A DNA stretch of 64,000 nt from Gemmatimonadota bacterium (GTDB lineage: Bacteria > Gemmatimonadota > Gemmatimonadetes > Gemmatimonadales > GWC2-71-9), in assembly GCA_039586365.1 (NCBI GenBank), contig JBDHKN010000007.1, positions 1 through 64,000 of the forward strand, read 5' to 3'. Numbering within the stretch: the stretch's first letter is position 1; each line of letters starts with the position of its first letter. This document shows positions 19,715-29,197 of this stretch, piece after piece. A program made the translations under genes and the position numbers. The notes beneath the pieces are model-generated. The model made no database searches, was not told the DNA's origin, and worked only from the letters and a program-made list of their open reading frames with translations.

Positions 19715-19894
19715 CTAGCGCGGTTCGGTCTGGTAAGAAGGGACAACTTCGTCGGCCCCGCGAACGGCAATGAAGATGAACGCCAGGTTCACAAGAATCA
19801 TCAGCAATAGACCCACTGCGATGCCTATGGGCCAGCCCAGACTACTCCGTCGACCTGCCCGCTCTGAGTTCTGCTCCGGTCTTGAACGTTGCAT
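19715..19894 (-). CDS. Miniature FixH/CcoH-like membrane peptide (59 aa, not in ORF track)
   Basis: Hand translation MQRSRPEQNSERAGRRSSLGWPIGIAVGLLLMILVNLAFIFIAVRGADEVVPSYQTEPR; lies at the ccoH position between ccoG and ccoI. Confidence 0.65.
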   Translation of the reverse strand: MQRSRPEQNSERAGRRSSLGWPIGIAVGLLLMILVNLAFIFIAVRGADEVVPSYQTEPR

Positions 19895-21188
19895 TCAGCA
19901 CCAACTCGCCCTGCGGCGAAGTCACGTGTACCGTTATCGGGATTGTACGCCGCAGGTCATTGGCGACCGGCACGCGAATGACCAACGGCGAAGTGCGACT
20001 CTCAGAGGCTGCCAGCTCAAGCGGAGGAGCCGCCACCTCTGCATTATCTAGACCCTCAACCCGGATGCGGTAAGTTATCCGCTCACTGCCCGTACTGTTG
20101 TTGGTGATCTTGAGCAGGTACGTGTTACGCACGTGAGCGTCATTGTCCACAATAAACAGCGATCCCGGGGCACGATTGACAGTCGCTTCGAACGGCACTC
20201 TACCGGCAACCATCGCACCGCCCGACACAACCAGGCCAACGAGCATTGCCGCATATGCGACAGTGCGTGGGCGTACCACACGCTGCTTACGCCCCTCCAG
20301 CTCCGCCACACTGCGGTATGCCACCAACGTCTCATGATCGAGTTTCTCCATGACGTTAGTGCAGGCATCTATGCACCTGGCGCATGCAATGCACTCGAGC
20401 TGGAATCCGTCGCGAATGTCGATCCCAGCCGGACACACAACCACGCACTTCCCACAGTCGATGCAGCGACCGTCTCTCGCAGCCTGCTTGCCACCTCTCG
20501 GCTCACCTCTATCCGGAAGGTAGGTGATCTGCACCGTCTCATCGTCGGTGAGCGCACCCTGGAAGCGCGCGTACGGACAGAGGTAATTACAGAACTGCTC
20601 CCTAAACCACACAAAGTCGAGGAACCAGACGACTGTGAAGAACCCCACAATTGAGTACTCCACCAGGCTCCCTCTTCCCGTCCATAGATCGGCCGCCACC
20701 TCGAAATAGCTCATGAACGCCATAGAGACCGCGAAAGCCACTAGGAGGAACACACCCCACTTGACAGCTTTGCGCCAGATCAAGTCGAGAGACACATCTG
20801 CTCTCTCACGACGCAGCCGACTACTCCGGTCGCCTTCGATCCATTGCTCGACAGGTCGGATCCATGCCTCGAGAAAAACTGTCTGGGGGCACGCATAGCC
20901 ACACCACAGACGGCCAAGCAGTGAAGTGACGAAAAACAGTGTGAACGCAAGGAAGAGGAGGATGACCAGTAGAAAGATTGTGTCTGCAGCTGTGAACGTC
21001 GCTCCCAGTACGAAGAGCCGACGAGACTGTAGATCAAAAAGTAGTGCCGGGTAGCCACCAATCCGGATCCACGGGGTCAGGAACAGAACCAAATGCAGCG
21101 CAAAGAAAGTCCAGCGACGGATCGTCGTGAACTTCCCCCGCACCGACTGGACATAGATCCACTTGCGGGTGCCGGCAAATCCTACCAT
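19842..21188 (-). CDS. ccoG: cbb3 accessory 4Fe-4S membrane protein CcoG/FixG
   Basis: GRLWCGYACPQTVF, REQFCNYLCPY, CIDCGKCVVVCP, GFQLECIACARCIDAC, C-terminal Ig-like domain. Confidence 0.95.
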   Translation of the reverse strand: MVGFAGTRKWIYVQSVRGKFTTIRRWTFFALHLVLFLTPWIRIGGYPALLFDLQSRRLFVLGATFTAADTIFLLVILLFLAFTLFFVTSLLGRLWCGYACPQTVFLEAWIRPVEQWIEGDRSSRLRRERADVSLDLIWRKAVKWGVFLLVAFAVSMAFMSYFEVAADLWTGRGSLVEYSIVGFFTVVWFLDFVWFREQFCNYLCPYARFQGALTDDETVQITYLPDRGEPRGGKQAARDGRCIDCGKCVVVCPAGIDIRDGFQLECIACARCIDACTNVMEKLDHETLVAYRSVAELEGRKQRVVRPRTVAYAAMLVGLVVSGGAMVAGRVPFEATVNRAPGSLFIVDNDAHVRNTYLLKITNNSTGSERITYRIRVEGLDNAEVAAPPLELAASESRTSPLVIRVPVANDLRRTIPITVHVTSPQGELVLNATFKTGAELRAGRSTE

Positions 21189-21195
21189 CTACTAC

Positions 21196-22065
21196 CTACT
21201 GTGCTCCAGGTTCACGCCCCAGAGCTGTAGCATTCTTCGAGATCACATAGGCGGCAACATGGTTAATGCTCTCTGCACCGAGCACTGGCCCCCAGGACAC
21301 CATACCTTTTTCGGGGACCCCGTTGGTGATGATTCGGATGATGTCCTGCGGACTACCGCCGTGAATCCATTCATCATCTATGAAACTCGGTCCAATGCCG
21401 CCTTCGAGGTTTGCTCCGTGACAAACCACACAGTAGGTCTGAAATAGCTCCTGTCCTGCTGCCACGGCTTCCGTCGTAATAGCAAACTCACTCGTTACGG
21501 GCGTACTGTCCGATTGTCCTTGTTGGGTCTCGACTGCAGTCTCACCACCAGCTGCTTCGCCATGCCTCGAAATCACATATGCCGCCACGTTGTTGACTGT
21601 CTCTGCTCCGAGGATTGGCTCCCACGCCAACATACCCTTCTCTTGGACTCCCTCCCTAATGGTCCGGATAATGTCCTCTGGTGTGTCCCCATGGATCCAC
21701 TCGTCATCCAACAGGTTGGGACCGATACCGCCCTGCAGATTCGCCCCATGACAGGCCACACAGTTGGCCCGAAACACTTGTTCCCCCGCAGCAACGGCCT
21801 CAGCGGTGACAGCGAACTCCGCCATACCCCCCGCGGCGCCGGTCTGCGAATACAGCTGCTCGGCGGAGGCCAACTCTTGGGCCAACGCTGCCTCAGGTGA
21901 GCGATGCGCTATGAAGTGGTAGTGGACCAGATACGCGACCGACCAGATGATGGTGATCCAAAACAGTCCCACCCACCAATCGGGTAGCGGATTGTCGTAT
22001 TCTTGAATGCCATCGGCCTCTTCTTCGTGGCCGAGGATCACGTCACGCTCTTTCTTTTCGCTCAC
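21196..22065 (-). CDS. ccoP: cbb3 oxidase subunit III CcoP, di-haem
   Basis: DGIQEYDNPLPDWW N-terminal motif; CVACH and CVVCH. Confidence 0.93.
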   Translation of the reverse strand: MSEKKERDVILGHEEEADGIQEYDNPLPDWWVGLFWITIIWSVAYLVHYHFIAHRSPEAALAQELASAEQLYSQTGAAGGMAEFAVTAEAVAAGEQVFRANCVACHGANLQGGIGPNLLDDEWIHGDTPEDIIRTIREGVQEKGMLAWEPILGAETVNNVAAYVISRHGEAAGGETAVETQQGQSDSTPVTSEFAITTEAVAAGQELFQTYCVVCHGANLEGGIGPSFIDDEWIHGGSPQDIIRIITNGVPEKGMVSWGPVLGAESINHVAAYVISKNATALGREPGAQ

Positions 22066-22241
22066 TGCTCGCCTCCGTCCGAGAGGGGCATGCGGGCTGC
22101 CTCCTCAAACTTCTGCTTGTTCTTGGGCGAAAACGCCCACCACGTCCAGCCGATGAAACACCCTAGGAAGAACACTGTCAGCAGACCCATGAACCAGCCC
22201 AGTGACACTGATTGGGCTGCCACCTCGAGTAGTGGATTCAC
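22062..22241 (-). CDS. ccoQ: cbb3 oxidase subunit CcoQ (59 aa, not in ORF track)
   Basis: Hand translation MNPLLEVAAQSVSLGWFMGLLTVFFLGCFIGWTWWAFSPKNKQKFEEAARMPLSDGGEQ; GTGA overlaps with both ccoO and ccoP. Confidence 0.9.
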   Translation of the reverse strand: MNPLLEVAAQSVSLGWFMGLLTVFFLGCFIGWTWWAFSPKNKQKFEEAARMPLSDGGEQ

Positions 22242-22963
22242 TGCTGCCCCACCCGAGTCGTCAGCCCTGCTGCGATGGCGCGCCGGCCGTCCTGCCCGAG
22301 TCGTTGCAGATAGGCAATCAGTGCAATGATCTCGCGATCGGGTTCTGTCTCAATGCCAGTGTCACGAAGTTGTGCGACGATCCTCTCACCCTGAGTGCTG
22401 ATACTCCACGGGATGCTCGCCAGGTCAGCGTCGGTATACGGGGTCCCGATCCTCCGCAGTGCCCTCACCGAGGCCTGGATGTCACCGGCATCAACCGTCC
22501 GTTCGAGCAGCCACGGATACGGTGGCATCACGCTACCGGGCGTCGTACTGCGCGGATCGCGCATGTGTTCGTAGTGCCACGCGTCGGGGTATTTGCCGCC
22601 AACGCGATGAAGATCTAGCCCGATCCGGCGCGACCCCAACAGGAACGGTCGGTCGTAGCGGTACTCTCCAGCTCGAGACCATTCGCCGTAGCGTAACAAC
22701 TCCGCTCGCATGGGCCTCACCATCTGTGAGTGACACACGTAGCAACCTTCGCGGATGTATATATCGCGACCAGCAAGCTCTAGGGGACTGTACGGTGTAA
22801 CCCAATCTGGGCGCTCCGGACCGGCAGTCGCCGTGAACATAGGAGCGATCTCGGCGATCCCTCCGACTGAGATCGCTATCGTCGTGAAGACAGTGAACAG
22901 ACCCGCCTTGCTCTCCAGGACGCGGCGATGAAAACTCTCTTTGTTCTTGTTAGTGTCTGACAT
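22238..22963 (-). CDS. ccoO: cbb3 oxidase subunit II CcoO
   Basis: GRDIYIREGCYVCHSQMVRP, GGKYPDAWH, SVMP.YPWL, ALIAYLQRLG. Confidence 0.96.
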   Translation of the reverse strand: MSDTNKNKESFHRRVLESKAGLFTVFTTIAISVGGIAEIAPMFTATAGPERPDWVTPYSPLELAGRDIYIREGCYVCHSQMVRPMRAELLRYGEWSRAGEYRYDRPFLLGSRRIGLDLHRVGGKYPDAWHYEHMRDPRSTTPGSVMPPYPWLLERTVDAGDIQASVRALRRIGTPYTDADLASIPWSISTQGERIVAQLRDTGIETEPDREIIALIAYLQRLGQDGRRAIAAGLTTRVGQQ

Positions 22964-22975
22964 GGTCTCCTCACC

Positions 22976-24421
22976 TCACGAAACAGCCGGAACGGCCGAT
23001 ACTGTTACGACGTCCCTGCGGCTCGCAGCGACTGTGCGAACGATATTCCAGGTCATCATGATCGCCCCGACCAAGTAGAGCACCCCACCAAGCAACCGCA
23101 TCCCGTAGAACGGATCGAGCCGGTCTACAATGTCCATGAACGCGGGATTGGCCAATAGACCGGAATCATTGACAGCGCGCCACATCAGGCCTTCCATCAG
23201 ACCTGCAGCCCACATCGAGAGCGTGTACAACACGATGCCCACCGTGGCCAGCCAGAAGTGCGTGGTTGCCCAGCCTGGATAGGCGAGCGGACGTTTCCAC
23301 AACTTGGGCATCAGCCAATAGACCGTGCCGAACGTCATCATACCGACCCACCCAAGGGCACCACTGTGTACGTGGCCGATTACCCAATTGGTGTAGTGGG
23401 CCAGGCCGTTCACGCCTCGGATGGCCATCATCGGACCTTCGAATGTGGCCATTCCATAGAAACTCACAGCGACCACGAAGAACTTGAGTACCGGATCCGT
23501 CCGGACACGGTCCCAAGCACCCCGCAGTGTGAGGAGCCCGTTGAGCATTCCTCCCCAAGACGGTGCCAGCAGCATGATACTGAAGATCACGCCCAGAGTC
23601 TGCGCCCAATCCGGCAGCGCAGAGTAAAGCAGGTGGTGCGGGCCAGTCCAGATGTAGAGGAACACGAGAGCCCAGAAATGCACGATCGAGAGTCGATAGC
23701 TGTACACCGGGCGCTCAGCCGCACGGGGCAGGAAGTAGTACATCAAGCCTAGGAATGGTGTCGTCAGGAAGAACCCTACAGCATTGTGACCGTACCACCA
23801 CTGTACTAGAGCATCGGTCAATCCAGCATAGAGTGGATATGAACGGAATAGAGTCGCCGGAATCGCCAGGCTGTTTACGATGTGGAGCACGGCGATTGTG
23901 ATCACGAACGAGATGTAGAACCAGATCGCAACATAGATGTGCTTCACTCTGCGCACGGCCAGCGTTCCAAAGAAATTCACACCGAAGACCACCCAGATGA
24001 GAGTTATGGCGACGTCGATCGGCCAAATCAGTTCGGCATACTCTTTAGACTGGGTCATACCCAACGGGAGCGTTATTGCCGCCGCCACTATTATCGACTG
24101 CCACCCCCAGAAGTGGACCCGCGACAGCAAGTCGCTCCACATCCGGGTCTTCAGCAGGCGCTGCATAGAGTAGTAGATACCTGTGAAGCAGATGTTGCCA
24201 GCAAAGGCGAAAATCACTGCGTTAGTGTGCAGTGGGCGGAGTCGTCCAAAGGTGGTCCAGGGCAGCCCGAGATTCGCCGGCCACCAGGCGAGTTGAAGTG
24301 CAATTAGCACCCCGACCAACATGCCCACGACGCCCCACAACAGCGTGGCAGCGAAGAACATGCGGACTATGTCGTCGTCGTAAGCCGACTCATCCACCTT
24401 GGCTGGATTGGTATATTGCAT
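22976..24421 (-). CDS. ccoN: cbb3 oxidase subunit I CcoN
   Basis: [42 protein letters not shown]. Confidence 0.98.
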   Translation of the reverse strand: MQYTNPAKVDESAYDDDIVRMFFAATLLWGVVGMLVGVLIALQLAWWPANLGLPWTTFGRLRPLHTNAVIFAFAGNICFTGIYYSMQRLLKTRMWSDLLSRVHFWGWQSIIVAAAITLPLGMTQSKEYAELIWPIDVAITLIWVVFGVNFFGTLAVRRVKHIYVAIWFYISFVITIAVLHIVNSLAIPATLFRSYPLYAGLTDALVQWWYGHNAVGFFLTTPFLGLMYYFLPRAAERPVYSYRLSIVHFWALVFLYIWTGPHHLLYSALPDWAQTLGVIFSIMLLAPSWGGMLNGLLTLRGAWDRVRTDPVLKFFVVAVSFYGMATFEGPMMAIRGVNGLAHYTNWVIGHVHSGALGWVGMMTFGTVYWLMPKLWKRPLAYPGWATTHFWLATVGIVLYTLSMWAAGLMEGLMWRAVNDSGLLANPAFMDIVDRLDPFYGMRLLGGVLYLVGAIMMTWNIVRTVAASRRDVVTVSAVPAVS

Positions 24422-24474
24422 GGGTTGACTATCCCGACCTTCGAAATGGCTGAATAGAAGTCACTTGAGATCTG

Positions 24475-24502
24475 ATCATACCTGTCAACCATTCGAGGTC
24501 AA
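24475..24502 (-). promoter_or_regulatory. Candidate sigma70 promoter for ccoN
   Basis: Minus strand TTGACC-N16-TATGAT, about 55 nt upstream of the ccoN ATG. Confidence 0.4.
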
Positions 24503-24527
24503 GTCCCCACAAGAGGGGGGGTAACGA

Positions 24528-25220
24528 ATGATCGGCCTGCTCGGAGCGGCACTGATGGCGGGCCTAGTTGGAAGTCCCCACTGCATCGGGATGTGCGGTG
24601 GATTCGCCGTGTTGTGTGGGCGTAGAGTACCCGATACCGCCGTCTGGCATGCCGGTCGGCTCACCAGTTACGCACTGCTCGGAGCGCTGGCTGGCGCCTT
24701 TGGCTCGATGGTTCCCGGTCCTTCATGGGTGGCGGCTATAGTATCGCTCGGTCTCATGATTTGGTTCTCGGCAGCATTGGCCGGTCTGGTACCTGAGCCC
24801 CGGATCGTCATCCCCGGGCTCAAACGACTGGGAACTGCCATGGCCGGTGACGCCGGCCTCAGCAGCCGCTACGCCTTCGGTATTGTGAACGGGTTCCTGC
24901 CCTGTGGACTGGTCTATGCAGCCCTTAGCGTACCCGTAGCCACAACGCATCCCGGCTGGGGTGCCCTAGCAATGGTGGCATTTGGAATCGGCACGGCCCC
25001 AGTTCTGTCCGCCGTCGCGCTGGGTGTTCAGCGGATTGTCGCTCGCGACATTCGTGTCCGGCGAGCGATAGCTGCAGGAGTCTTGGTTGCGGGCCTCTGG
25101 TCCATTGGGATGCGACAGGGAATCCTGGGATCCCAGGCTATGCACGGGATGCACGAGCATCAGATGCACCAGCCCGGACAACCCCCAGCGCCACACGATA
25201 CGACGCACGACGGCACCTAG
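24528..25220 (+). CDS. DsbD_2/TauE-like membrane protein associated with cbb3 loci, with His/Met-rich tail
   Basis: GSPHCIGMCGG, GRLTSY, GFLPCGLVY, M.AFG.GT.P; tail MHGMHEHQMH. Confidence 0.88.
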   Translation: MIGLLGAALMAGLVGSPHCIGMCGGFAVLCGRRVPDTAVWHAGRLTSYALLGALAGAFGSMVPGPSWVAAIVSLGLMIWFSAALAGLVPEPRIVIPGLKRLGTAMAGDAGLSSRYAFGIVNGFLPCGLVYAALSVPVATTHPGWGALAMVAFGIGTAPVLSAVALGVQRIVARDIRVRRAIAAGVLVAGLWSIGMRQGILGSQAMHGMHEHQMHQPGQPPAPHDTTHDGT

Positions 25221-25317
25221 GGCAAGCCTCGCAACTCGATCGCGTGGGCAAGTGCATCCACACTTGATCGGGTCGTGGGAGCATTGGCACCGTTCTTCTG
25301 GACATTGAGACAAACAC

Positions 25318-26334
25318 ATGAAACGGCTTCTCTTTTTGTCGGTCGCGGCTCTTTGGGGCTGTGACACCTTCTCCCCGTCGGAACCCAGCGATCTCCTGAG
25401 TGAGGCCGCGATATTGGAGCACCTGGAGTTCCTGGCTGGAGACAGCTTGTACGGCCGGGCCGCCGGCTCCACTTACGGTTTCGAAGCAGCCGTATATGTC
25501 CGCGACGAGTTCAGCGAATATGGCTTGGAACCAGCTGTACCGGAGTACTTCCAGGGTTTCTCGATTGAAGCAGCAACGGTAGCTGTGGCAGAACAGAGTC
25601 AGCTGTCAGCGATCAGCCTTCAGCTGTCAACGCTCAGCAGTCACCCTCCAGTACTCAGCACTCAACAGCGGGAGATGCAGCTGACGGCCCAAAATGTCCT
25701 AGCCGTACTGCCGGGTAAGGGCGACCTGGTCGGGCAATGGATAATTCTAGGAGCCCACTACGATCATCTGGGTTTCGTCTCTTGGAATGCTGATTCCGTG
25801 ACTATCTACAATGGCGCCGACGACAACGCATCAGGCGTATCCCTGCTGCTTGAGGTCGCACGCTTCCTGACTCACTACTACACGGCCGGGGTAGGAGCGG
25901 ACGACGCCCGCCGGTCGATCATGTTCCAAGCGTACGACGCCGAGGAACGTGGTTTGTTGGGTTCGTGGCACTACGCGCAAAACCCGACAGTACTTATGGA
26001 CAGCATCGTTGCCATGGTGAACCTGGACATGGTGGGGAGGATGAGGGACAACAGGCTCGTCGTTGCCGGCTCACTCACTGCGAGCCAATGGACTGGTCTG
26101 CTCGACAGTGCTAACGAAGGCGAATTGTCGCTCCTGTTTAGCGACGACGGTTTGAGCCGCAGTGATCAGTGGCCGTTTCTTCAACAGGGCAAGCCGGTAC
26201 TGTTCCTCAGTACCGGTATGCACCAAGATTGGCATACGCCCAACGACGACGTGTGGTTGTTAGATGTACCGGGTATGGTCAAGGTCGGCGACCTCGTGAT
26301 CGCCCTGCTCGAAGCACTTGCTGTCCAATCATGA
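25318..26334 (+). CDS. M28 family peptidase, lipoprotein
   Basis: Lipobox LWGC; GAHYDHLG, NGADDNASG, AEERGLLGS, NLDMVGR, RSDQ, WHTPND. Confidence 0.9.
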   Translation: MKRLLFLSVAALWGCDTFSPSEPSDLLSEAAILEHLEFLAGDSLYGRAAGSTYGFEAAVYVRDEFSEYGLEPAVPEYFQGFSIEAATVAVAEQSQLSAISLQLSTLSSHPPVLSTQQREMQLTAQNVLAVLPGKGDLVGQWIILGAHYDHLGFVSWNADSVTIYNGADDNASGVSLLLEVARFLTHYYTAGVGADDARRSIMFQAYDAEERGLLGSWHYAQNPTVLMDSIVAMVNLDMVGRMRDNRLVVAGSLTASQWTGLLDSANEGELSLLFSDDGLSRSDQWPFLQQGKPVLFLSTGMHQDWHTPNDDVWLLDVPGMVKVGDLVIALLEALAVQS

Positions 26335-26382
26335 ATGCCGCTGGCTCGTCGGCAATGGAGGGAGGCAGAAGACCCAGCTCCA

Positions 26383-27384
26383 TCATGTCCCGATCGTGAG
26401 CCCCAGGCCTTCTTCTTCAGCCTTCCTGCAGGCAAGCAAGGCAATCGCAGTATCCTGCACGCCGACACCGGTTAGGTCGCATACCGTGATCTCTTCTTCG
26501 CGACTCCGTCCTGGTTTACGACCGGCTGTCAATTCGCCAAGCTCGTCTATTGGGTGATCTTCGGCGATAAGCCCGGCTTCCATCGCGTGGTGAAGCTCGC
26601 CCAACCGAAAACACTGGGCTTTTCGGTCGCAAACGAGCCGATCGGCCCGCACCAACACGTTGGGATCGAGCTCCTGCTTTTCGGGACTGTCCGATCCCAT
26701 GGCCGTAACATGCAATCCAGCATGAAGCCAGCCCGCATTGATCACCGGGACCCTTGACGGTGTCGTGGTTACGACCACTTCGGCGGCGCCGACCAGTTGC
26801 GCAGCACCTCCTGCAGCAGCTATGTCAACTCCCAGCACCCCTGGCATTTCGGCCACATATTGCTCGACAGCATCAGGTCTCACGTCATGGACCAGCACTC
26901 TCCGGAAATCCCGGACCAGCTGTAGCGCCCTAACCTGGTACCTGCCCTGGGCACCGGCCCCGATCACTCCAACCGTCTCCGGTTTCTCACAGGCCAGGTG
27001 TTTGGCCGCAATCGCTCCCGCAAGCGCCGTGCGTAGGTCGGTCAGGAACCCGTTGTCCAGCAGTACAGCCTGAGGGAAACCAGTCCGAGCACTGAGCACT
27101 ACCATCATGCCACTGCCACTCGGCAGTCCCCTGTGCAGGTTGTCAAAGAACCCGGAGGCGATCTTCACCGCGAAACTGTCGAGGCCTTTGACGTAGGCGG
27201 ATTTGACATCGACCTCGCCGTGGTGTTCAGGAACCTCGACCATCATGATCGGCGGCACAGTGGCTTTGCCATCGGCGAGCCGAGTGAACCCGTCTTCGAC
27301 CGCTGCCAGGGCTTCATAATCCAATCCCACGCAAGCGCGGAGATCTGCCTCTGTAAGAACTCTGATGGGCGGCAACTGCTGCAC
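26383..27384 (-). CDS. Ornithine cyclodeaminase/mu-crystallin family (EutC-like cyclodeaminase)
   Basis: EVDVKSA, KIASGFFDN, LTDLRTA, GAGAQG, AMGSD, DLTGVGVQD. GTG start inferred. Confidence 0.9.
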   Translation of the reverse strand: MQQLPPIRVLTEADLRACVGLDYEALAAVEDGFTRLADGKATVPPIMMVEVPEHHGEVDVKSAYVKGLDSFAVKIASGFFDNLHRGLPSGSGMMVVLSARTGFPQAVLLDNGFLTDLRTALAGAIAAKHLACEKPETVGVIGAGAQGRYQVRALQLVRDFRRVLVHDVRPDAVEQYVAEMPGVLGVDIAAAGGAAQLVGAAEVVVTTTPSRVPVINAGWLHAGLHVTAMGSDSPEKQELDPNVLVRADRLVCDRKAQCFRLGELHHAMEAGLIAEDHPIDELGELTAGRKPGRSREEEITVCDLTGVGVQDTAIALLACRKAEEEGLGLTIGT

Positions 27385-27515
27385 TGCCCCTCCCCCTGAT
27401 AAGTGCACTCCATCATGGAGCAGAGGGCACGACCTGGCAAGGTCGTGACCCGCTCGCGACTTGCGACACCGAGTCCCCATCAGTACGATCCTGATCGCAA
27501 CAACAGGAGGTCGTC

Positions 27516-28019
27516 ATGGCCATAAGCAAATCGCTAATTCCCGAGTTAGAGATGGAAGCTGCGGTGACCCGCAGACTGATCGAGCGTGTGCCCGAAGACA
27601 AACTTGGATGGAAGCCGCACGAGAAGTCTATGCCGTTGGGCCGGCTGGCGACTCACCTCGCTGAACTACCGGGTTGGGGCAAAGTCACCATAGCGCAGGA
27701 TGTGCTCGATATCGGAGAAGGCTTCACACCGACCATTCTCGGATCGGTCCAAGAAATCCTGCATTTGTTCGACAAGAACGTGACTGATTTTAAGGAATTG
27801 CTCGCGAACACACCTGACGAAGAGTTCATGAAGATATGGACGATGAAATACAAAGGGCAGGAGGTCTTCTCGTCACCTAAGATCGGGGTCGTCCGCGGTA
27901 CTGTCATGAACCACATGGTACATCACCGGGGCCAGCTCACGGTCTACTTGCGGCTGAACGAGGTACCGCTGCCGATGACATATGGACCATCGGCTGATGA
28001 AACTGGGGGCTTCGACTAG
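27516..28019 (+). CDS. DinB/YfiT-family protein
   Basis: WKPHEKSM.LG.LA.H, NH..HHRGQLTVYLRL. RBS aggag. Confidence 0.9.
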   Translation: MAISKSLIPELEMEAAVTRRLIERVPEDKLGWKPHEKSMPLGRLATHLAELPGWGKVTIAQDVLDIGEGFTPTILGSVQEILHLFDKNVTDFKELLANTPDEEFMKIWTMKYKGQEVFSSPKIGVVRGTVMNHMVHHRGQLTVYLRLNEVPLPMTYGPSADETGGFD

Positions 28020-28100
28020 GCAGCGACGGCAGCCACAGACTCGGCCGACCCCGGGTGGAAGTCAGGGGTCCAACCATCCCACCGGCGACCTAGCCGACCC

Positions 28101-29135
28101 GTGTACGACCGCATCAATTCGATCCTAGCCACGCGACCGGTCGCTCGCTGTGCGGGAACCGCAATCGGACGATCGCGAGAAGGACGCTCCATCCGTGCGT
28201 TTCGATTTGGCACCGGGAGCGATCGCATCAGTCTACTCGCCGGCTGTCACGCCGATGAGCCGGTAGGCCCACGGCTACTCCGTCACTTCGCCTCGTATCT
28301 GTCGCAGCTACCAGACGCCGACCCGCTCACTACCAACTACCAGTGGTGGATCGTACCTCACATCAATCCCGATGGTGACGAACGGAACCGCACCTGGCAC
28401 CGTGATAGCGATGAGAGCTACGACTTGGTCCGCTATCTCCTCAATGTGGTTCGTGAGCAGCCGGGCGCAGACATCGAGTTCGGATTCCCCAGGAGAGAGG
28501 ATGATACAGGTGCCCGGCCGGAGAATCGCGCCGTGTTCGATTGGTGGCGCAGCGGCGATAACCCATTCGTACTGCACGTATCCTTACACGGCATAGCCTT
28601 CGCAGCAGGACCTTGGTTTCTCATCGAGCCGACTTGGCGGGATCGTTGCCGCCCACTCAGACTCCGTTGCACCTTGCGGGTTCGCGAACTCGGATACGAG
28701 TTACACGACGTAGAGCGGCAAGGGGAAAAAGGCTTCTTCCGCATCGAGCGCGGCTTCTGCACGCGACCAGACTCACGGCACATGCGACAGTACTTCTCGA
28801 ATCGGGACGATGCGGATACCGCGGTTCTATTTCGGCCGAGTTCGATGGAGACAATCAGATCGCTCGGTAATGACCCTCTCACACTGGTGTCGGAGATGCC
28901 GCTATTCATCACTCCCGGCGTCGGTGATACGCTGGGGCCACCTGACCCAGTCGCACAGGCTTGGAGAGAACGCATAGACCACTGGAGGTTGCGGCTGGCG
29001 AGAGAGGATACCGACGAGGAAATATTGCGGGAGGCCATTGCATCAGGATTACGGCCGATGCCAGTAAGGGATCAGATGGAACTTCAGTTGACGCTCATTG
29101 CGGCCGGGCTGGAGAGCGTGAGGAGTGTCCGCTAG
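28101..29135 (+). CDS. M14-clan zinc hydrolase, cytoplasmic, divergent
   Basis: IGRSREGR, GCHADEP, PHINPDG, SLHG, SEMP. Confidence 0.8.
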   Translation: MYDRINSILATRPVARCAGTAIGRSREGRSIRAFRFGTGSDRISLLAGCHADEPVGPRLLRHFASYLSQLPDADPLTTNYQWWIVPHINPDGDERNRTWHRDSDESYDLVRYLLNVVREQPGADIEFGFPRREDDTGARPENRAVFDWWRSGDNPFVLHVSLHGIAFAAGPWFLIEPTWRDRCRPLRLRCTLRVRELGYELHDVERQGEKGFFRIERGFCTRPDSRHMRQYFSNRDDADTAVLFRPSSMETIRSLGNDPLTLVSEMPLFITPGVGDTLGPPDPVAQAWRERIDHWRLRLAREDTDEEILREAIASGLRPMPVRDQMELQLTLIAAGLESVRSVR

Positions 29136-29136
29136 G

Positions 29137-29183
29137 CAGTGAGCGGAGCGGTCATGGAGGTAGCCCGACCGATCCGCTCACTG
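29137..29183. terminator. Hairpin between convergent genes
   Basis: cagtgagcgga / tccgctcactg 11-bp stem plus inner cggtc/gaccg. Confidence 0.5.
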
Positions 29184-29197
29184 TGACTCGGTACAGA

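Noticed and set aside
24422..24527. FNR box upstream of ccoN
   Set aside because: TTGA/TCA half-sites are present but with wrong spacing (N5 or N7 rather than N4 between TGAT and ATCA).
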